DNA of 64,000 nucleotides from Rhizophagus irregularis (Eukaryota): NCBI RefSeq assembly GCF_026210795.1, contig NC_089429.1, positions 5,394,001 to 5,458,000 of the forward strand, read 5' to 3'. Shown piece by piece: positions 53,033 to 64,000 of this stretch (position 1 is its first letter; each line of letters starts with the position of its first letter). The notes under the pieces were generated by a model. It saw only the letters and a program-made list of their open reading frames with translations, ran no database searches and was not told where the DNA came from. The position numbers and the translations under genes were made by a program.

Positions 53033-53567
53033 ATGTCTGTCAAATTAGATAACTACTACGATTTATCTCAATATGTTATAATCCTTACTGGTGCAACTGA
53101 TGGTAATTAATTTAATTAATTAATTTAAATATTCACGAAATAATTTTTACGCAAATCATTCAAAATTTTTTACGTTTGAAAATCGATCGTTATAATTCAC
53201 CTAATAAAATCTTTCGTATATTATTATTCTTTTTTTAAAAAAAAAGGTATCGGTAAAGAAATGGCAAGACTTTTATCCGGATATAATCCAAAACGATTGA
53301 TTTTAACAGCTCGTAATAAAGTAAAAGGAAATTCTTTATTAGAATATATTAAAATTTCTAATGGAAATGCAAAAAATGTTGAAATTTGGGAAATGGATTT
53401 AGCAGATTTAAAAAGTGTAAAAAATTTTGCTAATAAATTTATTAAAGAATTTGGAGAATTACATATGTTATTAAATAATGCAGGTTACGTTGGTGGTACA
53501 GAAGTTGTTAATACAAAAGATGGATTGGAACAACAATTTCAGGTAAATAATAATTATGGTATAGTTC

Positions 53568-53598
<31 letters not shown>

Positions 53599-54337
53599 TA
53601 TATATATATATACGTATAATTGATACTGTATATTATTTTTAGGTCAATCATTTAGCACCATTTTTACTTACTTTATTGTTATTGGATACGATGAAAAAAT
53701 CCGTTTCGACCAAATTACCTGGAAAAATTGCATTTACTAGTTCAGCATTACAATCCACGGGTGAAATTGATTTCGATAATTTAAATCTTGAAAAAGGTGC
53801 TTACTGGAACCCTTTTAAAGCTTATGCAAATACTAAATTGATGGTAAGTATAATTAAATAGTATGTACAATATTAAGGTTTTTTTTTTATTTATATATAT
53901 TTTTATTTCTTATTTTAAAGAATGTTATCGTTGCCAAGGAATTAAGTCGTATAGTTCTAAACGAAAGTAAGTACATTTCTTGTTCTTGCTATAATAGATA
54001 ATATAAGAAAAATAATTTAACCTTTTTTCTTTTTTTTAAATATGCAGATGTTAAAACATATTCGCTTCATCCTGGTGTAATTAAATCAAATATAAGTAAT
54101 ACAACAGATTATGTCTCATATTTTCTACTCTCGGTAATGTTATTCTTTGCAAGTCCAACTGAACAAGGTGCAATCAATACTCTTTATCCTGTACTTTCCC
54201 CTAAAAATAAAGATACAGGAAAATATTATCATGAAGGTATTGAAAGGGAACCAATCGAAGTTGCAAAAGATCGAGAAGTTACAAAGAAATTATGGAATGT
54301 ATCTGAACAATTATTAAGAGAACGTGGAATGATTTAA
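53033..54337 (+). CDS. SDR, RDH12/WWOX-like (copy J), 5 exons
   Basis: TGATDGIG, then NNAGYVGGTEVVNTKDGLEQQFQ read through without intron 2, YANTK and HPG. Confidence 0.9.
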
Positions 54338-54612
54338 TTTAATGTAATGCACATTCATGGGGGTAATTGGGGGTATGCCGTATGCAAGTATCTGTCTGGT
54401 ATGCAATAAAGTATGCACAGAAATTACAAATAACTATTTTAAATTACAATAAACAAACAAACAAATAATTAAATCATCATTATTAATATTATTTAATTGT
54501 ATTAATATTTATAAATTCAATAAATTCAATAAATTTTCAATAAATTTTTAATAAATTTTAATACATTTCATATTATTAAAATCCACAATTTTTCAAAGTA
54601 TTTTTTTTATTA

Positions 54613-55536
54613 TTATTTTGTAATAGAATCAACAGTCATTTCATAATTATCTAAAGAAACTTTTGCACGTTCCCAAGAAATTAGAATTGATTTTATATTA
54701 AAATTACTTATTTGAGCGGTTCCTTTCCTTGCATTATGAATAAAATTTTGAGTACTTATCATATGATAATGATGTCTAGACCAAAAAGTTTCAAATAAAT
54801 TTACACCATCTTTAAATAATTCAATATTATCCATAACTTTATCAATATATTGAGAATTTTGAATTAAATTATCAAGTTGATTTTCTTTAATAAGAACTTC
54901 TTGTTTAAATTTAAAAGATAATTTATTACCAAAATACCAACCTAATAAACCACCAGTAAACATTGAAGTGAATAAAGTTAAACCACAATCAAATTTTGGT
55001 AAAATTATAACAGTAGTAAAATTTGATAAACTTCCAATACCAAAACCAAAAATTATACCAGTTTTTATAGAATTCAATTTTTCTTGTCTTATAGAATATT
55101 TTAAATTTAAAATTGATTGATTAAGTGAATTTTGTTCATTATTTAAAAAAGATTTATGAGATTGAAATTCTTTTGAAATTTTTTGTAAAGTATTAGAAAT
55201 ATCTTTATAACCACTTTTAATTAAATCAAATTCTTTTGCTAATTCTGATATCATTAAATCTGGTTTAATATTTACTAATTCTTTAGTTTTAAAATTTTCA
55301 AGTAATTGAATAATATTTGATGTTGAAGAAGAAAATGTTCCTTGACATTGTGTTAAACTTGCTTTTGTTAATAAATGAAATGTACGACCTTGTAATCCTA
55401 TTTCTTCTACTAATTTTGAAATTATTTCATCTTTTATTTTAGATTCTGGATAATTTGCGAATCTTTTAAGTGTAGATTCTAATCCATTTAATTCAAGATT
55501 TGTAGGATATGTAAAATTTGGATTTGTTGGAATCAT
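54613..55536 (-). CDS. Hypothetical alpha-helical protein (~307 aa from the first ATG) with a central Gly-rich hydrophobic hairpin
   Basis: Long ORF in AT-rich DNA, with a minus-strand TATATAAA near 56035-56042 and a plausible 5'UTR intron ~55912-55986. Coiled-coil-like segments flank two hydrophobic helices. Confidence 0.8.
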   Translation of the reverse strand: MIPTNPNFTYPTNLELNGLESTLKRFANYPESKIKDEIISKLVEEIGLQGRTFHLLTKASLTQCQGTFSSSTSNIIQLLENFKTKELVNIKPDLMISELAKEFDLIKSGYKDISNTLQKISKEFQSHKSFLNNEQNSLNQSILNLKYSIRQEKLNSIKTGIIFGFGIGSLSNFTTVIILPKFDCGLTLFTSMFTGGLLGWYFGNKLSFKFKQEVLIKENQLDNLIQNSQYIDKVMDNIELFKDGVNLFETFWSRHHYHMISTQNFIHNARKGTAQISNFNIKSILISWERAKVSLDNYEMTVDSITK

Positions 55537-55571
55537 ATTTATGTGTGATTTAAGTGTTGATTTAGGTGATT

Positions 55572-55660
55572 TGTAACGGTAGCGGTAACGGTGGCGGTAA
55601 TGGCAACGATAGCGGTAATGGTAATGGTAACGATAGCGGTAAAGGTAATGGTAACGATAA
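55572..55660. repeat. Hexamer microsatellite (GGTAAC/GGTAAT/GATAGC variants)
   Basis: Directly visible; lies upstream of the first ATG of the minus-strand gene. Confidence 0.85.
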
Positions 55661-58298
55661 TCAGTCAAAAGGTGAAAAAGTAAAGCTCAAAAGTTGAAAA
55701 GTAGTAATAATCCAAAAGTTGTAATATTCCAAAATTTTGTAATAAGTCAAAAGTTGTAATAATCCAAAAAGTGTAATAATCCACGTAATAAGCCAAAAAG
55801 TGGTGAAATCAAAAAAAAATTTTGTTAACTTTTTTTTATCCCGCAGATCCTTTTTTCAACGTGGTATCAAATCGTGATTATATCGAATATAATAAAACTC
55901 GATGAAATTATCTAAATCATTAAAAAAAAAAAAAAATATTAATCTTTTAAATATTTTTTTAATAAACCATTTTAAATATCTTACCTAAAAGTTGTTCAGA
56001 ATGAAGAAATCATGAAAAGAGAAGTCCGCCACACTTTATATAACCTGATATGCTAAAATATGCAATTAATGTAAATATGCATAAAGATGCTATATTTAGT
56101 TGTAAAACCAAACAAAGACAATCAATCATACGTGCGTACGCACGGCTATTATTTATTTATTTAAAAAAGAAAAATTTTTTTCCGATAGACCGATACTTTT
56201 AATATTTTCGGCCGAAAAAAAATCAAATAGCATTAAAAAAAAAATTGTAAAAAAAAAGTTGTAAAAAAGTAAAAAATTTTTTGTAAAAAAATTTTTTATA
56301 ATTATTTACAAAAAAAAATATATATATAATATATATTATCCTTAATGTATCATTTTCATTCAAAAGCCACTCATTTTTCATTAATATTACAGTCTTTGTG
56401 TCATGTCTTTTTTGATCTAGTTAAAAAAAGTTAAAAATGTTTAAAAAATGAAAGTAGGCGTTTTATGTATTTTATGTATCGACATTTTTACTTACTATAT
56501 CAGATAAAATCAATGAAAAAAAAAAAAAAAATAGATTAGATTTATTTATTTTAATAATTATCTCTTTTTTGTCATAATTTCTCAGTTTTTTTTTTTTTAA
56601 ACAAAGCAAGATTATGTCGGATCTTTGGGATAAGAAAAAATACTCAGCATAATGAAGTAATAAATATACGATTTATTAAACAAACAAACAAAAAAATATA
56701 TATATATAAGGTATATAAATAATTTTTCTAGAATATTCTAATAATTATTTTAAGTCATTATTATTTTAAAAAAAAAACTTATTATATTGTGATCAACAAA
56801 AGAATAGAAGTATCTTTTAGAAAAAAAATATACTAAAAATATGAAACAAATTTACTAAATAAATTAAACCATTTACCAATTAAAGTGTATTTTTTTTTTG
56901 TAGAAAAAATTGTAGAAAAAAAATATTCTTAATAGAAATTCATAAAGTTTTGTATACGGAATTTAATATCCTAAAGAAATTACTTTTTATATAAATTTCT
57001 TATTTTGTTAACTAATATGAGATGTTTGTTTAGGTAACAAACAAAATGCACGTATTTCGGTGAATCGGGGGTGAAAAATGAAAATCATATACAAATATAT
57101 TAATATCACGATAAGTTGCAGATCCAACCACATTCCTTTATATAAAGACTGATGAATGTATCCACAAATTCACAATTAAAATTGGTAATACAAAAAAATT
57201 ATTACAAATGATTATAAATTATCATAAGCCAGAGCGTGTGATTACGACTTACGAGGTTTGGTATACTGCGTTGACTCCTGATACAGTGATACTCCTGATA
57301 TAACCTGCTCGTTCGGATTTGATTATACGTCGAATTAATCTATTAATGGTAATGAATTTACAAAACAAATCGATCAACTTTTGACTAATATCAACTATTA
57401 AAGTTGTTATAAATTGCCTAGCCAAAAATATCATTTAAATGATGACATACTGCATGTAAATGTTTAAATGTTTGAGAAAGAGGATATTGCGCCAACATTC
57501 AATACGTAATAAGATACAGTATATAGTAAGTGAAATACTGTACATAATGTTGTATAAATATTATTACATATGTATTAATTATTATCAATTTAAGTTGGAA
57601 ACGCGAGCGATGAGAAATTTTCTGGAATGATACATTGATACATGATACTTACTACTGCACTACTGCTTATACTGTACTTTACGTGAAAATTTAAAGTTCA
57701 ATACTTATTATTTCAATTATAGTTTTACCCAATTTTGGATAATAAGTGATGTACATATTAAATTTAATGCATAATGACTGTCAGAATTTCAGTGGGTGAT
57801 ACAGTTTCAAAAAACATTGTGTGAATGCAAGAATTTCTAATTTTTTTTAAAAAAAAAGATTCTTAGATGATGCAAATGTAAATGGGCTTGCTGATCAGAC
57901 AATGATTCCCTAAGTCGTATAACGATACTTTTTAATAAAAATCAAGATACAGTATGCCAAATTAAGTGTAATGCAGGATTTGCAGGTAATATTTGTTTAA
58001 AATTTTAATTATTTTCAAATATTTTAAAAATCTTTTTACCAAAAAAATCATTAAGTTCAATTTATTTATACAGATAAAAATTATCATTTATGATAAATGT
58101 AATTAATTAATTAAAATAACAAAATCTTGAAACCTTAAAAAAATAAATTTAAAACTAATACATAAATTTCATATTGTTCTTAGATTGATTAATAATTATC
58201 GTTTGAGAAATGGAAAAAAAATGGAAAAAAAATGAAAAAAAACGAAAAAAACGGGTAATTTACTCCATTATCATTCGGAAATATATGGATATAAATTT

Positions 58299-58692
58299 TC
58301 ATACGTTAAGTTGATTGATAAATTCGCGTTTCTTTATAAAACTTTTTCGTTTATCTATATTTTTTTTTTTTCATGAAATTAATTAATTAAATCATCAATT
58401 CGTTCATTCATAATAATTTTTTGATTTTTTAACTTACATCTACGTTTTTCATGAGCGACATGCCCGGCATCTTCACCTTTTCGAGCATCTTCTCTATTTC
58501 CCACTCCTCCTTTAATAGATAAATTTTATGATCGTTAGAATTTAAAATAAAAAGAAAAAAGAAAATTGAAAATAAGTATTTACTGTATTTACGATATTCT
58601 CCGGTGGAATTCTTTGGAGATTGTACAGATTGTACTGAAATAATCAAGAGGATCATAAAAAATAAGATAAAGAAGATTTTATTTTGAACCAT
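58299..58692 (-). CDS. Small secreted peptide, ~75 aa, 3 exons (58692-58593, 58509-58438, 58354-58299)
   Basis: Hydrophobic signal-peptide-like N-terminus. Two GT-AG introns give MVQNKIFFILFFMILLIISVQSVQSPKNSTGEYRGVGNREDARKGEDAGHVAHEKRRYKRKSFIKKREFINQLNV. Confidence 0.7.
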
Positions 58693-60688
58693 TTTTTTTT
58701 ATAAATTGAAAAAAAAAAAATTTGGGAGTGGGAAAAAATTGAAAAATCGGAATTATTAATTTTTTTTTTTCAAAAAATACATTCATAATGATGGCGCCAT
58801 TTAAATAAGAAAAAAAATTTTTTTTAAAAGACAAATATTGTTTTAGAAGAATTATTTTTATCACCAGTAAAAAATCGTGGGGTAACGTTTGACCAAGTTA
58901 ATTTGTTATATGCAGTAAACAATTTACTTGTTTGCTCATTTAGTGTGTGATCACGTGATATTTGATCTTTTTTTTTAAAAAAAAAAGAATCTTCATTCGA
59001 AGAAAAAATTATTTTAAAGTTCATGATCAAATGATTTGTTTAATAACTTTCTAGAAATTATTATTGTTTTGCAAATGAACAAAATAATAAATATTAAAAT
59101 GTTATTGTTGTCCAGGTTCAGAATCAAAAAGATTATAAAGTGTAATAATTGGCGAAAGAGTAATAAGAGTAATATTAATTAAATATATCAAATATGCATT
59201 ATATTAATTATGTATGTATGTATATATATATTATTATACTGTCACATGAATCACGTAATAAAACTCTAATATTTATATCAAATATCTTTTAAAAAATATC
59301 TAAATCAATTAATTATCACGCAGTAAAAGTACACGGAATGAATCCATATTAATGTTTACATAATCAATATTTAATATTTCTTCACTTTGCATAATTTAGG
59401 CACCTCTCATGTGTAGGCAACTTAATACTCTCTCACCTTATTTTGGACATCTATAAGTTTCATTTTTATCGTTCATACAGTACTTTTAATTCTTATTATG
59501 CACATTAATGAACACAGCATAAAATGCACAGCCCTTACATTAGCTTAAACTTTTTTGCAGACAATATCGAAATATCGGGTTTTGCTTGTTGTAATTACGA
59601 TTAAAAGTGCATTGTTAATCATGCGAGAATATGTGACTTACTAAAAATATTTTATACTTTCAACTATCGATTAAAAGGTGTAATAATATAATTATTAGTA
59701 TTTAAGAACGAAAAGACCAAAGATACATGAAAATACATGAAGATATATGTACAGTATATTGCAATTTATTATATATGTAATTTTAATAATATTAAAAAAA
59801 TATAAATTATCATAATAAAAGTTGTTTCGTTTAAAAAAACTTATTTCCCGATATATTCTATCGATAAATATTTGTTTTCCTTTTTTTCTTTAGGGGAAAA
59901 AAAAAATGGAAATTGTTTTCTAAAAAATGTTATAAAATGTGAAATTATTGTTCTCCTCAAAAAGTATTAAAGCCATTCCGAATAATAACTAAATGATCTT
60001 CACTTAACATCTAAAAAAGATTCGATTAAATGATCTACATCGTACGTTTATTACTTTTTGATTACTTTGTGTAATACTTAAATTATATTTAAAATTAAAT
60101 AGTATATCATAAACTAAACCTCTTTTAAATATCGTTGGGTTTCTAACTTATAATCAATCAATTCTTTCATCAATTCTTTCGTTTTAATATTTTTTTTTTT
60201 TGTAATTAAATTATCTATCTAAAAAACCAATCTTTTGATTCGAAAGTTTATTTAGTACACGATTATACTAAAAATATCCCCGATTGTGGTACAACCTGAC
60301 TCATTATTTTTTAGTATTTTTAATTACTTGTAAATTTGCAATTAGTTCAAAGTTTACTATGTAATCATTGTATTCATTGTATTCTCAATAGATAATCCTT
60401 GCATTTTCCTTTTAATTCAATTTATTCGTCATATAGATTTAATTTAAATGGAAATATTATTTCCTAATTTAATCTTTCTCTCGTAATTATAACTTACTAA
60501 TACATAAATGGTTCATTGAAAAATAAAAAATATCATTCATTTAATGGATGAAAAAACAATAATTGTAAATCTGATAATGATAATCGATCAAAATTTAAAA
60601 TTATAAATATTCTTAAAATTCGACTGAATTCTTTTTAACTTTTTTTTTCAAAAAAATAAAAAAAAAGTCTTCAAATTCCTCTAAAATC

Positions 60689-62200
60689 ATGAACAAATAT
60701 CCACCAAAAAAATTGATCAAAGATATTGATTCTACTGATGTTCAAAATTTTAAGTTATCATTTAATTCTTCTACCAATGTATTATCAGAAGGTGATGAAG
60801 GTTATGAAAAAAGTATAATAAGATGGGCTGATAACGCAATTAAAAAGGCGGGAATTGTTGTTCAAGCAACTTGTCTTGATGATATCGTTAAAACTGTTAA
60901 ATTCGCTAGTAAAAATCATTTGGATTTTGCCGTAAGTTGTGGTGGTCATTCAAGTTCTGGTACTTCAAGTTCTGAAGGTGGTGTAGTATTAGATATGAGA
61001 AAGTTAAATAAAGTAAGAGTTGATGTTGAAAAGAAATTAATTTATGCTCAAGGTGGTGCTTTATTCGGTGATGTTGATAATGAAGCTTGGAAATATGGTT
61101 TGGCTACTGTAGGTGGTATAGTTGATCATACAGGAATTGGTGGTTTAACTTTAGGTGGTGGTTTTGGTCATTTGACAGGTAGACATGGTTTAACGATCGA
61201 TAATGTGGTGGGTGCCACCATTGTTACTGCTGATGGTGAAGTGAAAGAATTATCTGAATCCAAGAACAAAGATTTATTTTGGGCAATTAGAGGTTGTGGT
61301 GCTAATTTTGGTGTTGTCTATGAATTTATTTATAAAGCACATGAACAAAAGGAAGTTTTTGCTGGTGTTATAGCTTATCCTGCTGAAAAATTAGATACTA
61401 TTATTGAAGCTATTAATATTTGGCTTAAAAATCGTCGATCAGAAAACGAAGGTATGGCAGTTGTTATTTCTAGATCTCCTCCAGAAAATAAGGTATTTAA
61501 TCATGTTATATATGATATTTTTTTTTTTTTTTTTTAAAAAAAAAAATAGATATATTAACTTTTTTCTTTTTTTTAGCCAATTATTGCACTCCTGTTATTT
61601 TCTAATGATCCATCGGAACAAGTTTTTAGAGAAAGATATTCAGTTATTTATAATTGTGGTGAACCTATAATGGAACAAGTAGGATGTATGCCATATCCTA
61701 AATTAAATACTTTAGCAAATGGATTCGCTAGCTTTGGAGATCGTAAAGCAATGTTTAATGCTCATATTACTCATTTAGATCTTTCAAATATTCGTGAAGC
61801 TTATAATTCTTATATTAAATTTACTGATGAAAATCCAACTACCTCTCAATCATACCTTGCATTTGATTTATATGGTACTGAAAAATTTTGTTCTGTACCT
61901 ACTGATTCAACAGCATTTTATCCTCGTAAACCTTTTTATAATGTAGTTATAGTTCAAAGATGGTTAAATGAAAAGGATGATAAAATTGTTTATGATTGGG
62001 CAAAAAAGATACAAAATATTATTAGTAATGATGAAGAAAAATCTCTTTATGTTAATTTTGTTGATATGTCAGATGATATAGGATATAATGAAAATAGAAT
62101 AAAAAGTACTTGGGGTGATAATCTTGAAAAATTGAAAGAATTGAAAGGAAAATATGATCCAAATGTTTTCTTTAGAAAAGGTGCTATCATTTGGCCATAA
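60689..62200 (+). CDS. FAD-linked oxidoreductase (FAD_binding_4 plus berberine-bridge-enzyme-like C-terminus), ~475 aa; intron 61493-61576
   Basis: GGHS flavinylation motif, [39 protein letters not shown] and [11 protein letters not shown]. The intron joins the ORFs in frame. Confidence 0.93.
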
Positions 62201-62654
62201 AAAAAAATTAATTTTAATTTTTAATTTTATTAGTCTAAATACTATATAATTTTATTACTTTTTACTTTTTTTTACTTTTTTATTTTACTTTATTTTTATT
62301 TTATTTATACAGTAGTATTACTTGTGTATTTTATTATTCAGTAGTATTACTTGTTTATTTTATTTTTTACTTTCTTTCATTATATTATTATTAAGCAAAA
62401 TTTTTTGTTTCGCTTTATTATTTTTTGTATTACCCGAAAGAATTGATTATTAAATAAAAGTTGTTTGTGTCCATCTACTACCTGTACGGCTGTACCTTTG
62501 TATCACCTATTATTATTTGTATCATTAAGAAATTTTAACCAATAAAAATTATTTGTAGTATAAATTGTAATATAAAAAAGTCAATTAATAAATTATATTA
62601 AACTGAAGATATATACTTTGAATGATAATGAACTTTTGTGTTGAATTAAAAATT

Positions 62655-63143
62655 TAATCCCCTGTCGCACTGTCACTCTTACTAATTTTTAAAAATTGCG
62701 TGTGATTAGCTGAGTTTATAAAATGGCCGGGAATCTTCGTTTACTTATTTCCCGGCCTCATATAGATAGCCGGGAAATTACTAAAATAGTTAATATTTAA
62801 TGAGTAACACGCTCCAGCGGATTTGTGTATTATTTATTCCATGGGGAGTTGGGAATAATAGGGTTTTTTTTCCCTTCCCCTTCCCATGATATAAATGGGT
62901 AATCCCCTGTCGTACTAAGTGTCACTCATGATCACCTTCATACTAATTTTTAAAAAATTGCGAGTGATTAGCCGAGTTTATAAATGACCGGGAATCTTCG
63001 TTTAGTTATTTCCCGGTCTCATATAGATAGCCGGGAAATTACTAATTTTAGTTTAAAATAGTTAAAATAGCTAATATTTAATGAGTGACACGCTCCAGGG
63101 GATTACCCATTTATTTCCAACTCCCCATGAAATAAATAACACA
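62655..63143. repeat. Direct duplication of a ~170-200 bp TIR-bounded unit; second copy enclosed by a further inverted repeat
   Basis: AATCCCCTG..CAG(C/G)GGATT at ~62656-62823 and ~62901-63104. CATGGGGAGTTGG (~62840) pairs with CCAACTCCCCATG (~63117). Confidence 0.7.
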
Positions 63144-63451
63144 AATAAATACATTATTTATTAGGAACGTGCTTATTTACAGTATATTTTTTTTTTTAAT
63201 TTTTAAAAAAATAAAACGATAGATTGAGATTCATTCCGTGTGAAGATAAGTAATAGGGTATCGATAACTTTCACGTTGCAGCCGTGAAAGGCATGAATAT
63301 ATCATCAAAAAAAAAAATCACTGGCGACCAATTAGTAAAGTATCAATATTTTGCCGTCAATAAAATGTCCGTAACTCATCGAATAACTCCGAGGATCAAT
63401 ACTGCGAGAGCAATCTACGTATAATTGTGGTCACCACAATTATACGTAGAT

Positions 63452-63745
63452 TAGAGGTTGGAACCGGATTTAAAAAATAAATTCGGTTTCATTTTAACTT
63501 ATAATATATCCGGTTCCTTCGAATCCTTCGGTGTATGGAATATGGATTTATTATGTCCGGTTTCTAGTGCTTCGACCCGGATGAAAACCGTCATCCGGAT
63601 TACACAAAAAAAAAATCCGGATTATATCCGGATTGACCCGGATTTTGAATCCGGATCAGATAATCCGGATTATATCCGGATTGACCCGGATTTTGAATCC
63701 GGATCAGATAATCCGGATAGAAACCGGAAACCGGATTGGATTTAC
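63452..63745. mobile_element. hAT-like MITE end with TCCGGA-rich repeats and a 48-bp tandem duplication
   Basis: Starts TAGAGGTTGGAACCGG. AATCCGGATTATATCCGGATTGACCCGGATTTTGAATCCGGATCAGAT occurs twice. Right end not found. Confidence 0.5.
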
Positions 63746-64000
63746 AAATGATCGGCAATAATTCTGGCCAGAATTCATAACGCCGGCCAGAATTACAAAT
63801 GTGTAACATTAAATTTTCATGCCAGCCGATAAAAAATTTTTTGCCCGGTGGCTAAACTATTTTCCGGTGTCACGTGATGTTAATTTCGGCCAGAATTACA
63901 AATTTGGCCAAAATTATCCAAGACCACGAAATTTACATAATTCCAATTTCATTAAATACTTTTCTTTAAAACAATTTCATATTATTTCAGCATTGTCTCA

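Noticed and set aside
55537..55668. YRYH-repeat N-terminus as part of the protein
   Set aside because: The ORF track starts at TTG; the first ATG is at 55536, so the repeat is more likely UTR.
63458..63809. ORFs with NPDYIRIDPDFESGSD repeats
   Set aside because: They derive from TCCGGA-rich MITE subterminal repeats and are open on both strands.
1..64000. tRNA, rRNA or prokaryotic operon/defence systems
   Set aside because: None recognised by eye, and the genes carry spliceosomal introns. A tRNAscan/Rfam run would be needed to exclude small RNAs.

Overview
Very AT-rich eukaryotic DNA with short GT-AG introns. The gene and TE content suggests a fungus, most likely an arbuscular mycorrhizal (Glomeromycotina, Rhizophagus-like) genome; this is an inference. 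The backbone is a ~50 kb same-strand tandem array of RDH12/WWOX-type short-chain dehydrogenase (SDR) genes. Eight copies look intact, one is frameshifted and three are remnants. The array shows mosaic (gene-conversion-like) copies, hypervariable substrate-pocket segments and one intron presence/absence difference. The spacers are filled with transposons whose ends and target-site duplications (TSDs) can be read directly, because sister duplicates keep the empty sites. The main TE structure is a three-level nest: a TGTAA..TTACA element contains a foldback element built from 36-bp hairpin repeats, which in turn contains a hAT transposon. There is also a CMC-like 6.3 kb element containing a second foldback, Helitron ends, Tc1/pogo and hAT MITEs, a LINE RT relic, and a TIR element carrying a SUKH/US22-like cargo ORF. 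Other features are a periodic micro-exon/intron array, a kinase pseudogene, a helical protein with a hydrophobic hairpin, a 3-exon small secreted peptide and a BBE-like FAD oxidase. All calls were made by eye; no searches were run.
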